Assembly (NCBI GenBank): GCA_002011745.1
Contig: MTOU01000009.1
Span: forward strand, 71,447 to 135,446
Origin: Nitrospirae bacterium JdFR-85
GTDB lineage: Bacteria > Nitrospirota > Thermodesulfovibrionia > Thermodesulfovibrionales > JdFR-85
Direction of reading: 5' to 3'
Length of the DNA: 64,000 nt
The position numbers and the translations under genes were made by a program. Below, one piece after another: positions 30,650-38,534 of this stretch; within the stretch, counting starts at the first letter, position 1; each line of letters opens with the position of its first letter. Under the pieces are notes generated by a model that worked only from the letters and a program-made list of their open reading frames with translations, ran no database searches and was not told where the DNA came from.

Positions 30650-31384
30650 ATGCCCAAACCAATAAAGAAGAAGGTGAGAAAGAAGACACTACCAGAAGAA
30701 GAGGTCTTAAATTTATATGAAATATGTATGGACTACTATGAAAGAAACAGGCGATTTGTTCATATTACGGCTATATCTATTTTAGTGGTGATATTACTAA
30801 TCATAGGAGGCATTTTTTATTATAAGAACTCCAAAAAACAGGCTCTTCTACTTGAGTACGAAGGCTATAAACTCTACCACTCCTTGTATCAAACAGAAAG
30901 CATTCCTGAGGAGAAGAGGTTTAAAGAGGCACTTCAGAAATTTGAAGCAGCCTATAAAAAGTCTCCCTCTGCAAGGCTACTTCTGTATATTGCGAACACT
31001 CAGTATAGTCTAAAACAGTATGATGATACAATGAGAACCCTTCAGAAATTTATAAAAAAATACTCTGACAACAAGGAATTGCTTCCTCTTGCATATTATA
31101 AAATGGCCCTTGTACAGATGAAAAACGGAAAAAATACTGAGGCTATTGAGACCCTCAAGAAGATATATCAGACCAGAGAGGCCTATCTTAAGGATCTGGC
31201 ACTTTATGAGATAGGAAGACTTCTTGAAGTTGAAGGGAAAACTGAGGAAGCAAAGGAATACTATACAAAGCTTGTGAAAGAATTCCCTGAATCTCCCTAT
31301 TCAAAGGTCGCGGAGGCAAAGGTAAAACTCAAAGAGGAAAAAAGAGAAACAAAGAAAGAAACTACTCAGGAGGAAGGTAAATAA
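30650..31384 (+). CDS. Membrane-anchored TPR-repeat protein (YfgM-like layout)
   Basis: N-terminal basic region plus one TM segment, followed by TPR-like repeats and a Lys/Glu-rich tail. Confidence 0.6.
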   Translation: MPKPIKKKVRKKTLPEEEVLNLYEICMDYYERNRRFVHITAISILVVILLIIGGIFYYKNSKKQALLLEYEGYKLYHSLYQTESIPEEKRFKEALQKFEAAYKKSPSARLLLYIANTQYSLKQYDDTMRTLQKFIKKYSDNKELLPLAYYKMALVQMKNGKNTEAIETLKKIYQTREAYLKDLALYEIGRLLEVEGKTEEAKEYYTKLVKEFPESPYSKVAEAKVKLKEEKRETKKETTQEEGK

Positions 31385-32516
31385 TCTTTCCTGGCCTTAG
31401 TCTCTTTGGGTTAACTCCTTTATTGAGTAAAAGGACGGATTTTACAGATACCCCATGTCTTTTAGCTATCTCGTAAATGGTATCTCCCTTCTTTATCACA
31501 TAAGGAACCCTGGGCATCCTTTCAGATGCAGATGCAGAGTTGAAACACTTTAGGAATTCTTCTTTTGTGCCCTCAGGTATCCTGAGCTCATAGGCTCTAA
31601 CATCAGGAGGCGTACACCATCTCTTTAACTCAGGATTCAGCTCTCTAATTACGCTTTTGGAGACACTACTGCATTTGGCAATAAAGGATACAGAGGCTGG
31701 CTTTGTTATTATCACCTTTTCATATTTTAAAGGAGGGTGGATATCCACATCATCCAATCCATATTTCTCAGGATTCGATGCTATTAGTCCGGCTGCAATG
31801 AAACGGGCCACATAATTTCTCGTCTCTCTTTTAAGATATCTTGTCTTTACAAGCTTCCAGTAATCGTCAGTCTTAACCCTTCTGACAGCCTTGTATATTT
31901 TCCCCTCTCCTGCATTATACGCAGCCAGTGCAAGAGGCCATGAACCAAACCTCTTGTACAGTGCCCTCAGATATTTGGCTGCAGCCCTTGTGGATTTTTC
32001 GGGGTCTCTCCTCTCATCAACCCAGTAGTTAATCTTCAATCCATACCTTTTTGCAGTGGCACTGATAAATTGCCAGGGACCTACTGCCCTTCGGTGAGAT
32101 TTTGCAGAGATGTCAAATCCACTCTCAATAAGGGGCAGATATACGAGTTCCTCAGGCAACCCTTCTTCTCTCAGTATCTCTTTAATTGTATCTATATATT
32201 TCCCTGAACGTTGAAGCCATCTTATAAAACTCTTCCGCTTCTTAGTGGTAAAGACCTTTATATGATAATCCACATATCTCTGGGCCACAGAACTACTCTC
32301 ATAAGATGCGAGAATTAGGTGGTTCTTTTTGAATTCTTCAAAAGTAGAAAGGGGAAGGTGCTGAGAGGTATTAACACTATTACAGTATTCAAGAGGTTCA
32401 TAATAATAGAAAGGAGTATCTCTCTCGTTGGTAAAGAGATAATGCTCAATCTCAATTAATGAACCTTCCACAGCAGAGTTCAATACCAGTACCAGAAACA
32501 GTATCAATACCCACAT
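31362..32516 (-). CDS. Lytic transglycosylase with a C-terminal LysM domain (MltD-like)
   Basis: Signal peptide, SLT catalytic region LIESGFD...AVGPWQF and AYNAGEG, and the LysM segment YVIKKGDTIYEIAKRHGVSV. Confidence 0.8.
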   Translation of the reverse strand: MWVLILFLVLVLNSAVEGSLIEIEHYLFTNERDTPFYYYEPLEYCNSVNTSQHLPLSTFEEFKKNHLILASYESSSVAQRYVDYHIKVFTTKKRKSFIRWLQRSGKYIDTIKEILREEGLPEELVYLPLIESGFDISAKSHRRAVGPWQFISATAKRYGLKINYWVDERRDPEKSTRAAAKYLRALYKRFGSWPLALAAYNAGEGKIYKAVRRVKTDDYWKLVKTRYLKRETRNYVARFIAAGLIASNPEKYGLDDVDIHPPLKYEKVIITKPASVSFIAKCSSVSKSVIRELNPELKRWCTPPDVRAYELRIPEGTKEEFLKCFNSASASERMPRVPYVIKKGDTIYEIAKRHGVSVKSVLLLNKGVNPKRLRPGKIIYLPPE

Positions 32517-32896
32517 GGTTAAATATATTAAGGATTTCTTTACTCTTTGTCAAACAGTCTCAAAAGCTTGAAAGGGTAATATGGAATATTTTAATCTTAA
32601 TAAGGAGAATTTAAAAACAAGAAAGGGAATCTGGTCTGGGCCTCCGAAAGGGAGAGAATAGGCTAAAAAAAGAACTCAGTAGTAGTGATAAACTGTATCT
32701 ATCCTTACTTTACCCTTCCATAGAAACTCCTCTACCAATAAAGGAACAACATTTAGATAAAATAAAAAAACTCTCCCTGAAACATGGTCTGTTCCCTCTG
32801 GTCTACAAGAGATTAAAGACCTGTTCAGACACTTCATATCTCAAAAGATTCCTTTCAGAAAACAAGAGCTTATACCTTAGGAGTGTAGTTTATTGT

Positions 32897-33793
32897 ATGA
32901 AAACAGAAAAAATAGAGCAGGAGCTTCTTGAACTCTTAAGAAACAACTCGGTTGATGCAGTAATAATCAAAGGCTCGAGCCTCGCAAAAAGGATTTACTC
33001 AGAGTATAGGGTCTCCTCAGATATAGATATACTCATAAGAGAAGAGGACATCTTTCCTGTGGACAAACTCCTTTGCAACAGGGGCTATATTCCAGACCCT
33101 ATACCCCTTAGGTACTATATTTACCGGTTTTCTCACACCATATACTACCATCCTGAAACAAAGATACCTATTGAGATACACTGGAATTTTGGCATACCTT
33201 ACTTCTTCAAACTATCCTCCCAACAGATATGGAGTAAAGTCTCTATAGACGATGATGGTCTCCTCTGGCTATCCCCTGAAGTTCAACTTGTGATGCTCCT
33301 TATTCATCATCATACCCATTGCTTCAGGGAGTTAAGAATACTTTTGGATATACTTTGGTCTCTGCATAAGTTCAGGGATATTATTGACTGGCATGCCTTT
33401 GCCAGTAGACTGAGAGAATATGGGCTTCTGAAAACAACTTTAATAACCCTTTGTCAGATATCTGAATTGTGGAAATCACAGACAGAAGAACTCAGGCCTC
33501 TTCTTATACTTAAGGAGGAGATACCAAAATACAGAAAAACCAGCGGACTTCTATTAAAGTATTTCATGATAACACCAGCGAATAACTTCAAGAACAATAT
33601 ATACAGAGACAAGATAATGAGTAGATTGGCACTTGATGGCCATATGAGAGCTTTTTCTTCATTCTTTAAAACTCTGTTTCCACCTCCCAAGGTGATAAAG
33701 GCACTCTATAATATAAAAAACAGCCTCCTTATCCCCTTTTATTATCCTGTTTTTATCTCTTGGAGGCTCAAAGACTGGATAAGGTTCTTTTAA
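32897..33793 (+). CDS. Uncharacterised nucleotidyltransferase (NTP_transf_5-like). The true 5' end probably lies upstream of the listed ATG.
   Basis: IIKGSSLAKRIYSEYRVSSDIDILI is a pol-beta-type NTase motif. The same frame is open back to 32615 and encodes family-like N-terminal sequence (LKHGLFPLVYKRL), but it has no canonical start. Confidence 0.65.
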   Translation: MKTEKIEQELLELLRNNSVDAVIIKGSSLAKRIYSEYRVSSDIDILIREEDIFPVDKLLCNRGYIPDPIPLRYYIYRFSHTIYYHPETKIPIEIHWNFGIPYFFKLSSQQIWSKVSIDDDGLLWLSPEVQLVMLLIHHHTHCFRELRILLDILWSLHKFRDIIDWHAFASRLREYGLLKTTLITLCQISELWKSQTEELRPLLILKEEIPKYRKTSGLLLKYFMITPANNFKNNIYRDKIMSRLALDGHMRAFSSFFKTLFPPPKVIKALYNIKNSLLIPFYYPVFISWRLKDWIRFF

Positions 33794-35526
33794 TGACCGG
33801 GGCAAACAGTCTTCAGGAGATAGGGTTTCTATTAAGACTGATAAAACCCTTATGGAAGAAAGGGATATTAGTACTCTGTCTCACAGTATGTACCACTCTG
33901 CTGAGTGCTTTAATGCCTTTGAGTATAAAGGTAATGATCGATTTTATTATTATGAAGGGTTCTACAGAGTCCATCGAATACTTCCTTAATACTTTAGGCT
34001 TGTCCTCTCTGGCACCTGTTGTATTAGGTATATTCACCTCTGTGGAGTATCTTATAGGAGGTATACTCGTTATAGCAGCCCTGGCTGGTATAATGATAAT
34101 TGCACAACAATACTTAGTCGCATCCTTTCAACACAGAGCAGTGTTTCAGATACAGAGACAGTTATTTGAACATGTCCTAAGGTTTCCACTTTCTTTTTTC
34201 AGAAACACAGACACTGGTTACATGATGGCGAGGATTTCAGAGGATATTCAGATTATCCAGTCATTCTTCTCTGAAATCATCCCTTATATGGCAGGAAGAA
34301 TAGTAAACATAGGAGCTGTACTCATAATTCTCGGATTTCTAAATCTGAAGCTGACAGTTCTAATCCTTTTATTAGTGCCTTTGTATCTAATCCTGAGTAG
34401 CCTTCTGTCCACCAGACTCAGAAATGTAAGCTACGAGGAGAGGGAGAGGTATGCCACTGTATTGAAGGGCTTTAAAGAAGTCTTATCAGGCGTAGAGACT
34501 GTAAAGGCATATACAGCAGAGTCATCAGAAGTAGCAAAAGTGGCAGATGATATAAATAGGGCCCTTACCACAAGGAAGAGACGCATTATTTTTACTACCC
34601 TCTCTGTTAACTCAATGAGAATATTTCAACTGATTCTCGGTCTTGCCATTATGTTTATAGGATTCTATGAAATAAAAGACAACAGAATGACAGTGGGGGA
34701 TTATGCAGCTTTTGTATATTATATCTTTTATATCTCTGGTTCTGTTTCACAACTTGCGGTCTTCCACATGATGCTTCAACCTATCATGGCATCTGCTTCA
34801 CGAATAAGAGAACTCTTTGAACTCTTTCCAGAAGACACAGATGGAATCATTTTGAAAGATCCAAAAGGAGAGATAATCTTCAAGAATGTCACATTCTCCT
34901 ATGTTCCTGATAAAGAGGTGTTAAGAGATATAGACTTCAGAATAAATCCTTCAGAAACAGTGGTTATATCAGGGCCTACAGGTTCTGGTAAGACCACTCT
35001 TGTAAACCTGTTATTAAAGTTTTATACTCCAGACAAGGGAGATATCCTTATTGATGGATACAGTATTGAAAGGCTTCATACTACATGGTTGAGAGAACAA
35101 ATAGGAATTCTCTCTCAAGATGTGTTTCTCTTTAATGATACAGTGAAAAATAATATAAAATATGGAAGGATGGAGGCTACAGAAGAGGAGATTATAGAGG
35201 CAGCCCAAATGGCAGGCATTCATGAGGAAGTCCTGGCCATGCCCGAAGGCTACAACACCATAGTGGGAGACAGGGGAGTAAGACTCTCTATGGGACAACG
35301 TCAGAGGATAGCACTTGCAAGGGTATTCCTAAGAAACCCGAGGATCCTGATTCTTGATGAACCTACTGCATCAGTGGACCAGAAGACAGAAGAGACTCTT
35401 AAAGAGGCTTTCAAGAAACTTTTAAAATCCAGGACAGCCATAATTATCACCCATCGACCTTCTCTTATGGAAATGGCAAACAGAATATTTGAATTAAAGG
35501 ATGGAAGACTGAAAGAGGTGAAATAA
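33793..35526 (+). CDS. ABC exporter, fused permease/ATPase (MsbA/bacteriocin-exporter type, no C39 peptidase domain)
   Basis: The start ATG overlaps the upstream stop (TAATG). It has a 6-TM N-terminal domain, Walker A GPTGSGKTT, signature LSMGQRQR and Walker B ILILDEPT. Confidence 0.85.
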   Translation: MTGANSLQEIGFLLRLIKPLWKKGILVLCLTVCTTLLSALMPLSIKVMIDFIIMKGSTESIEYFLNTLGLSSLAPVVLGIFTSVEYLIGGILVIAALAGIMIIAQQYLVASFQHRAVFQIQRQLFEHVLRFPLSFFRNTDTGYMMARISEDIQIIQSFFSEIIPYMAGRIVNIGAVLIILGFLNLKLTVLILLLVPLYLILSSLLSTRLRNVSYEERERYATVLKGFKEVLSGVETVKAYTAESSEVAKVADDINRALTTRKRRIIFTTLSVNSMRIFQLILGLAIMFIGFYEIKDNRMTVGDYAAFVYYIFYISGSVSQLAVFHMMLQPIMASASRIRELFELFPEDTDGIILKDPKGEIIFKNVTFSYVPDKEVLRDIDFRINPSETVVISGPTGSGKTTLVNLLLKFYTPDKGDILIDGYSIERLHTTWLREQIGILSQDVFLFNDTVKNNIKYGRMEATEEEIIEAAQMAGIHEEVLAMPEGYNTIVGDRGVRLSMGQRQRIALARVFLRNPRILILDEPTASVDQKTEETLKEAFKKLLKSRTAIIITHRPSLMEMANRIFELKDGRLKEVK

Positions 35527-35532
35527 AAACTC

Positions 35533-36414
35533 ATGCAAAGGGAATACTTCTCAATAGCCAATATCACCATTGTATTGATATATCCTGAAGCTCCTTATAA
35601 CTTGTCCCTTAGTCCTGCCATGGAGGAGTTTAGAATCAAAAAGGCAGAGACCCCTGATATCTCTTTTACTGTTGATACAGACTCTGCCTACCCTTCTCTG
35701 AATACCTACAAAAGGATTTTCACTACCCACCCTTCAGGACCTTGGAGTATCTATAGTCGACCTGAAGGAGGTTATGTGATAGTATTTCAGAATCTACAAA
35801 AGGAAAAAAATCCGCATAAGGTAGTTATTGTAGATGAGAATTTCTGTAAATTTCATATCTACAATAAGATTACCCCTGATAACCAACTTGTCCCCTTAGA
35901 ACACCCCTTTGATGAGCTTGCTCTGTCAGGATACCTTAATCTTAACAGAATCGGAATCATATTACACTCTGCCTCTGTCTGTATCAATGGCAGGGGCTAT
36001 CTCTTCTCAGGAACCTCAGGCTCGGGTAAATCCACTATCTCAGAACTCTTCCTGAGAGATAAGGATTCTTTAGTATTAACTGACGAGAGAGTTATTATCA
36101 GGGAGCATAGAGGGAAACTCTGGGCATTTGGTACGCCCTGGCATGGTACAGCCAAGGTACATAAAAATAGCGGAGCCCCTATAGAAGGAATATTTTTTAT
36201 AAAACATGGAGGTGAAAATAAGGCGACTTACCTTTCAAAAACCGATGCAATCAACCGATTAATGGTAAGGTGCTTCCCTACTTTCTGGAATCGTTCTGGA
36301 ATGGAGTTTGTGCTGGACTTCTGTATAAGGATTGCCTCTGAGATAGCATGCTATGAACTTGAATTCCTTCCTGAGTTCTCAGTTGTTAGGTATATAAAGG
36401 ACTCCTTTGTTTAA
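35533..36414 (+). CDS. HPr-kinase-C-like P-loop protein (putative peptide kinase)
   Basis: Walker A GTSGSGKST within a ...HSASVCINGRGYLFSGTSGSGKST... context, which resembles the HprK C-terminal domain and the HprK-related kinases of RiPP clusters. It starts 7 nt after the ABC gene. Confidence 0.6.
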   Translation: MQREYFSIANITIVLIYPEAPYNLSLSPAMEEFRIKKAETPDISFTVDTDSAYPSLNTYKRIFTTHPSGPWSIYSRPEGGYVIVFQNLQKEKNPHKVVIVDENFCKFHIYNKITPDNQLVPLEHPFDELALSGYLNLNRIGIILHSASVCINGRGYLFSGTSGSGKSTISELFLRDKDSLVLTDERVIIREHRGKLWAFGTPWHGTAKVHKNSGAPIEGIFFIKHGGENKATYLSKTDAINRLMVRCFPTFWNRSGMEFVLDFCIRIASEIACYELEFLPEFSVVRYIKDSFV

Positions 36415-36417
36415 GGT

Positions 36418-37512
36418 TTAAAAGTTATTATTAAGAAAAGGAAATGTCTCTGCCCTTGTATGAGCAACCCTGCAGAGATACTCCACCTTCTTATCCATCC
36501 TTCCATACTCAAGAAGGCTCCAACCCACACATTGTCCACACAGATTAAGCAGTGGACACTCATCACACTCTAAGGAAAAATCCTTTTTAGTGAAAATAAG
36601 CTCTTTTATATCTGTCTCCCATATATTCTTAAGAGGTTTCTCTCTGAGAGACACATCCATGTTACACAACATAGAGCATGGCATTACTTTCCCATCAGGT
36701 GCTATATGAAGGGAAAACTTTCCTGCACCACATCCTATCAGTCTGTCAGAGCCAGAAACTACTTTTCCTACTAACTTCTCACAGAACTCTTCATATTCCT
36801 GTAGTCTTTCTGGAAAATCCAAATCAAGCCTTACCACATCTTTTATAGAAATACGATACTTCTCTGGAGAAGAGTACTTTCTGTCATCTATCCGTTTATG
36901 AAGAAGTGGATCAAACCTGAAATGACAGCCCAGCTCCTTTGAGAGTCTATGAAGCATCTTGATCTCATGTTGATTTATAGTTAGGACCATAGCCTTGGTC
37001 TTAACCTTGATACCAGCCTTGAGTAGTCTGTTCAGCCCCTCCCAGTAGTTCCTATAACTGCCTTTCACCCGTGTAACCCTCTCATAGGTCTCCTCTGTAG
37101 CACCATACATGGTCACTTCAACAACAAATGGAGGATATGCTTTGAAAAGCTCCACAATCTCATCATCCACAAGTGTGGCATTTGTAAAGACTGTAATAAG
37201 AAAGCCGTGCCTTTTTGCAGAGAGATATATCTCTTTAAAATCTTTTCTGAGAAGAGGCTCCCCTCCTGTAAGAAGTAACCAGAGGGTGCCCATATGTTGA
37301 AGTTCATCAAACAGCCTCTCTATTTCTTCCATGTTCAATTCTTTCTGTTCTGCCTCTTTATCGGAGGCTGGCAGGTTACAGTAGCAGTGGACACATCTGT
37401 TGTTGCACCTGTAGGTTAGTTCAAGGGTAACATTTACTGGAATCCTTTTGTCTTGAGAAAAGGCCTTCTGGTGTAGTCTGAAACTAAACTCCTGATAATC
37501 AATAGTTTTCAT
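36418..37512 (-). CDS. Radical SAM / SPASM-domain peptide maturase
   Basis: CNNRCVHC (Cx3Cx2C) near the N-terminus. C-terminal SPASM-like Cys pattern CGAG...DGKVMPC ... CDECPLLNLCGQC ... C. The start is set at ATG 37512 (GAGG 6 nt upstream), overlapping the PqqD stop by 14 nt. Confidence 0.85.
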   Translation of the reverse strand: MKTIDYQEFSFRLHQKAFSQDKRIPVNVTLELTYRCNNRCVHCYCNLPASDKEAEQKELNMEEIERLFDELQHMGTLWLLLTGGEPLLRKDFKEIYLSAKRHGFLITVFTNATLVDDEIVELFKAYPPFVVEVTMYGATEETYERVTRVKGSYRNYWEGLNRLLKAGIKVKTKAMVLTINQHEIKMLHRLSKELGCHFRFDPLLHKRIDDRKYSSPEKYRISIKDVVRLDLDFPERLQEYEEFCEKLVGKVVSGSDRLIGCGAGKFSLHIAPDGKVMPCSMLCNMDVSLREKPLKNIWETDIKELIFTKKDFSLECDECPLLNLCGQCVGWSLLEYGRMDKKVEYLCRVAHTRAETFPFLNNNF

Positions 37513-37816
37513 CCCTAACCTCAATAAGACCAGCTTCCCAGAGTTCCTGCAAAAATTCGATCACCTCTTCTTCAATCTGTTCAGGTGGGTCCTCATACTC
37601 ATTTTGAAGCTCTTCAATTATACTCTCCACTGATCTATTTCCATCTATCCGTTCCCAAATTTCTGCACCAGTATGATTGAGATTGAATATATGCTCTACA
37701 TCCATTGAAGAGCTATACATAGGGACAAGAATATATTCATCTTCAATTTTTCTAAAAATGACTCCTTCCCTTCGGAGGGGAATACTACGGAGGTCTATGA
37801 ACCTACTGTCCGACAC
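37499..37816 (-). CDS. PqqD-family protein (putative RiPP recognition element, RRE)
   Basis: 105 aa, with ...ILVPM...IFNLNHTGAEIWERIDGNRSVESIIEEL...EEVIEFLQEL..GLI typical of PqqD. It has a GTG start that overlaps the precursor ORF 3' end by 22 nt. Confidence 0.7.
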   Translation of the reverse strand: MSDSRFIDLRSIPLRREGVIFRKIEDEYILVPMYSSSMDVEHIFNLNHTGAEIWERIDGNRSVESIIEELQNEYEDPPEQIEEEVIEFLQELWEAGLIEVRDENY

Positions 37817-37959
37817 TCAAAAAACCAGAAACATCGATTGCCAAACCAGGCCCGAATAATTCCACCAATAGCCTTACAATTCTGTAACACCGCCTCTTCA
37901 GGCACAAGTCTAACCTTTTCACATCTGGGTTTCTCCCATTTTTTTGTCTTGTTGGCCAT
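37795..37959 (-). CDS. Candidate RiPP precursor peptide, 54 aa
   Basis: The internal ATG at 37959 is preceded by AAGAGGTGG. The peptide is MANKTKKWEKPRCEKVRLVPEEAVLQNCKAIGGIIRAWFGNRCFWFFECRTVGS. It is the first gene of the precursor-PqqD-rSAM operon. Confidence 0.55.
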   Translation of the reverse strand: MANKTKKWEKPRCEKVRLVPEEAVLQNCKAIGGIIRAWFGNRCFWFFECRTVGS

Positions 37960-37990
37960 AGCCACCTCTTTTGGGCAAAGATTATTTATA

Positions 37991-38019
37991 ATAATAAAAA
38001 AATCCAGCAATTATTTCAA
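37991..38019 (-). promoter_or_regulatory. Sigma70-type promoter candidate for the precursor-PqqD-rSAM operon
   Basis: The minus strand reads TTGAAA (38019..38014), a 17-nt spacer, then TATTAT (37996..37991), about 30 nt upstream of the precursor ATG. Confidence 0.45.
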
Positions 38020-38026
38020 TACCAAA

Positions 38027-38482
38027 ATGGATCTGGTGCTAAACAGTAGAGACTTTCTGGAAGTAGCAGAATCCATCCTTAAGAAAGGAAAAGGATTCTC
38101 TTTCAAGGCTATTGGTCATAGTATGGCTCCATTTATTAAAGATGGAGACATTGTGACAGTAAGACCCATCACAAGACCACTAAAAGTGGGTGATGTAGTG
38201 CTTCTGAAGACTAATGAAGGCAAACCACTACTGCATAGAGTAAAAAAAATAGACAAAGAATGGATTATTACAAAAGGGGATGCATCCTATACAGATGACC
38301 CTCCTTTACCAAAAGAGAATATACTCGCCTTAGCTGTAAATAATAAAGGAAAGGGTTATAACTTCCATTTTAGATACCCCTTTGGATACATAATAACCCT
38401 TATACCCTACTGGATTAGACAAAACAGATTATTAACAAAGGTGTGTAAACCGATTCTTTTCTTGCTGAGACTTATAATCTGA
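38027..38482 (+). CDS. SipW/archaeal-type signal peptidase I homologue (S26B-like)
   Basis: The start is set at ATG 38027, because the longer listed ORF would overlap the precursor gene in antisense. Motifs GHSMAPFIKDGDIV (Ser), LLHRV (His) and ITKGDASYTDD are present. There is no N-terminal TM segment, but there is a hydrophobic C-terminal tail. Confidence 0.65.
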   Translation: MDLVLNSRDFLEVAESILKKGKGFSFKAIGHSMAPFIKDGDIVTVRPITRPLKVGDVVLLKTNEGKPLLHRVKKIDKEWIITKGDASYTDDPPLPKENILALAVNNKGKGYNFHFRYPFGYIITLIPYWIRQNRLLTKVCKPILFLLRLII

Positions 38483-38534
38483 ATCATGCAAAGTTCTTGA
38501 CATTTTTACGACTAAGAAATTATCTTTATACTCT

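Noticed and set aside
32581-32661. The 26-codon ORF MEYFNLNKENLKTRKGIWSGPPKGRE, considered as a second (lasso-like) precursor
   Set aside because: The cluster has no lasso cyclase or B2 protease. No Asp or Glu is placed 7-9 residues after a plausible N-terminal Gly, Ser or Ala with a tail following it. The ORF is better explained as the out-of-frame true start of the nucleotidyltransferase gene. It is kept only as an alternative in the finding on that gene's 5' end.
32678-32692. Four consecutive stop codons TAG TAG TGA TAA in one frame
   Set aside because: In the nucleotidyltransferase frame the same bases read Ser-Ser-Ser-Asp-Lys within a continuous family-like ORF. The stop run is in the frame already terminated at 32659, so it is most likely coincidental.
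37838-38026. The 63-codon N-terminal extension of the peptidase ORF in the ORF track (start at 37838)
   Set aside because: It would run antisense through the precursor gene and its promoter. The extension is hydrophobic and low-complexity and unrelated to S26 peptidases. The family-typical sequence starts right after the ATG at 38027.
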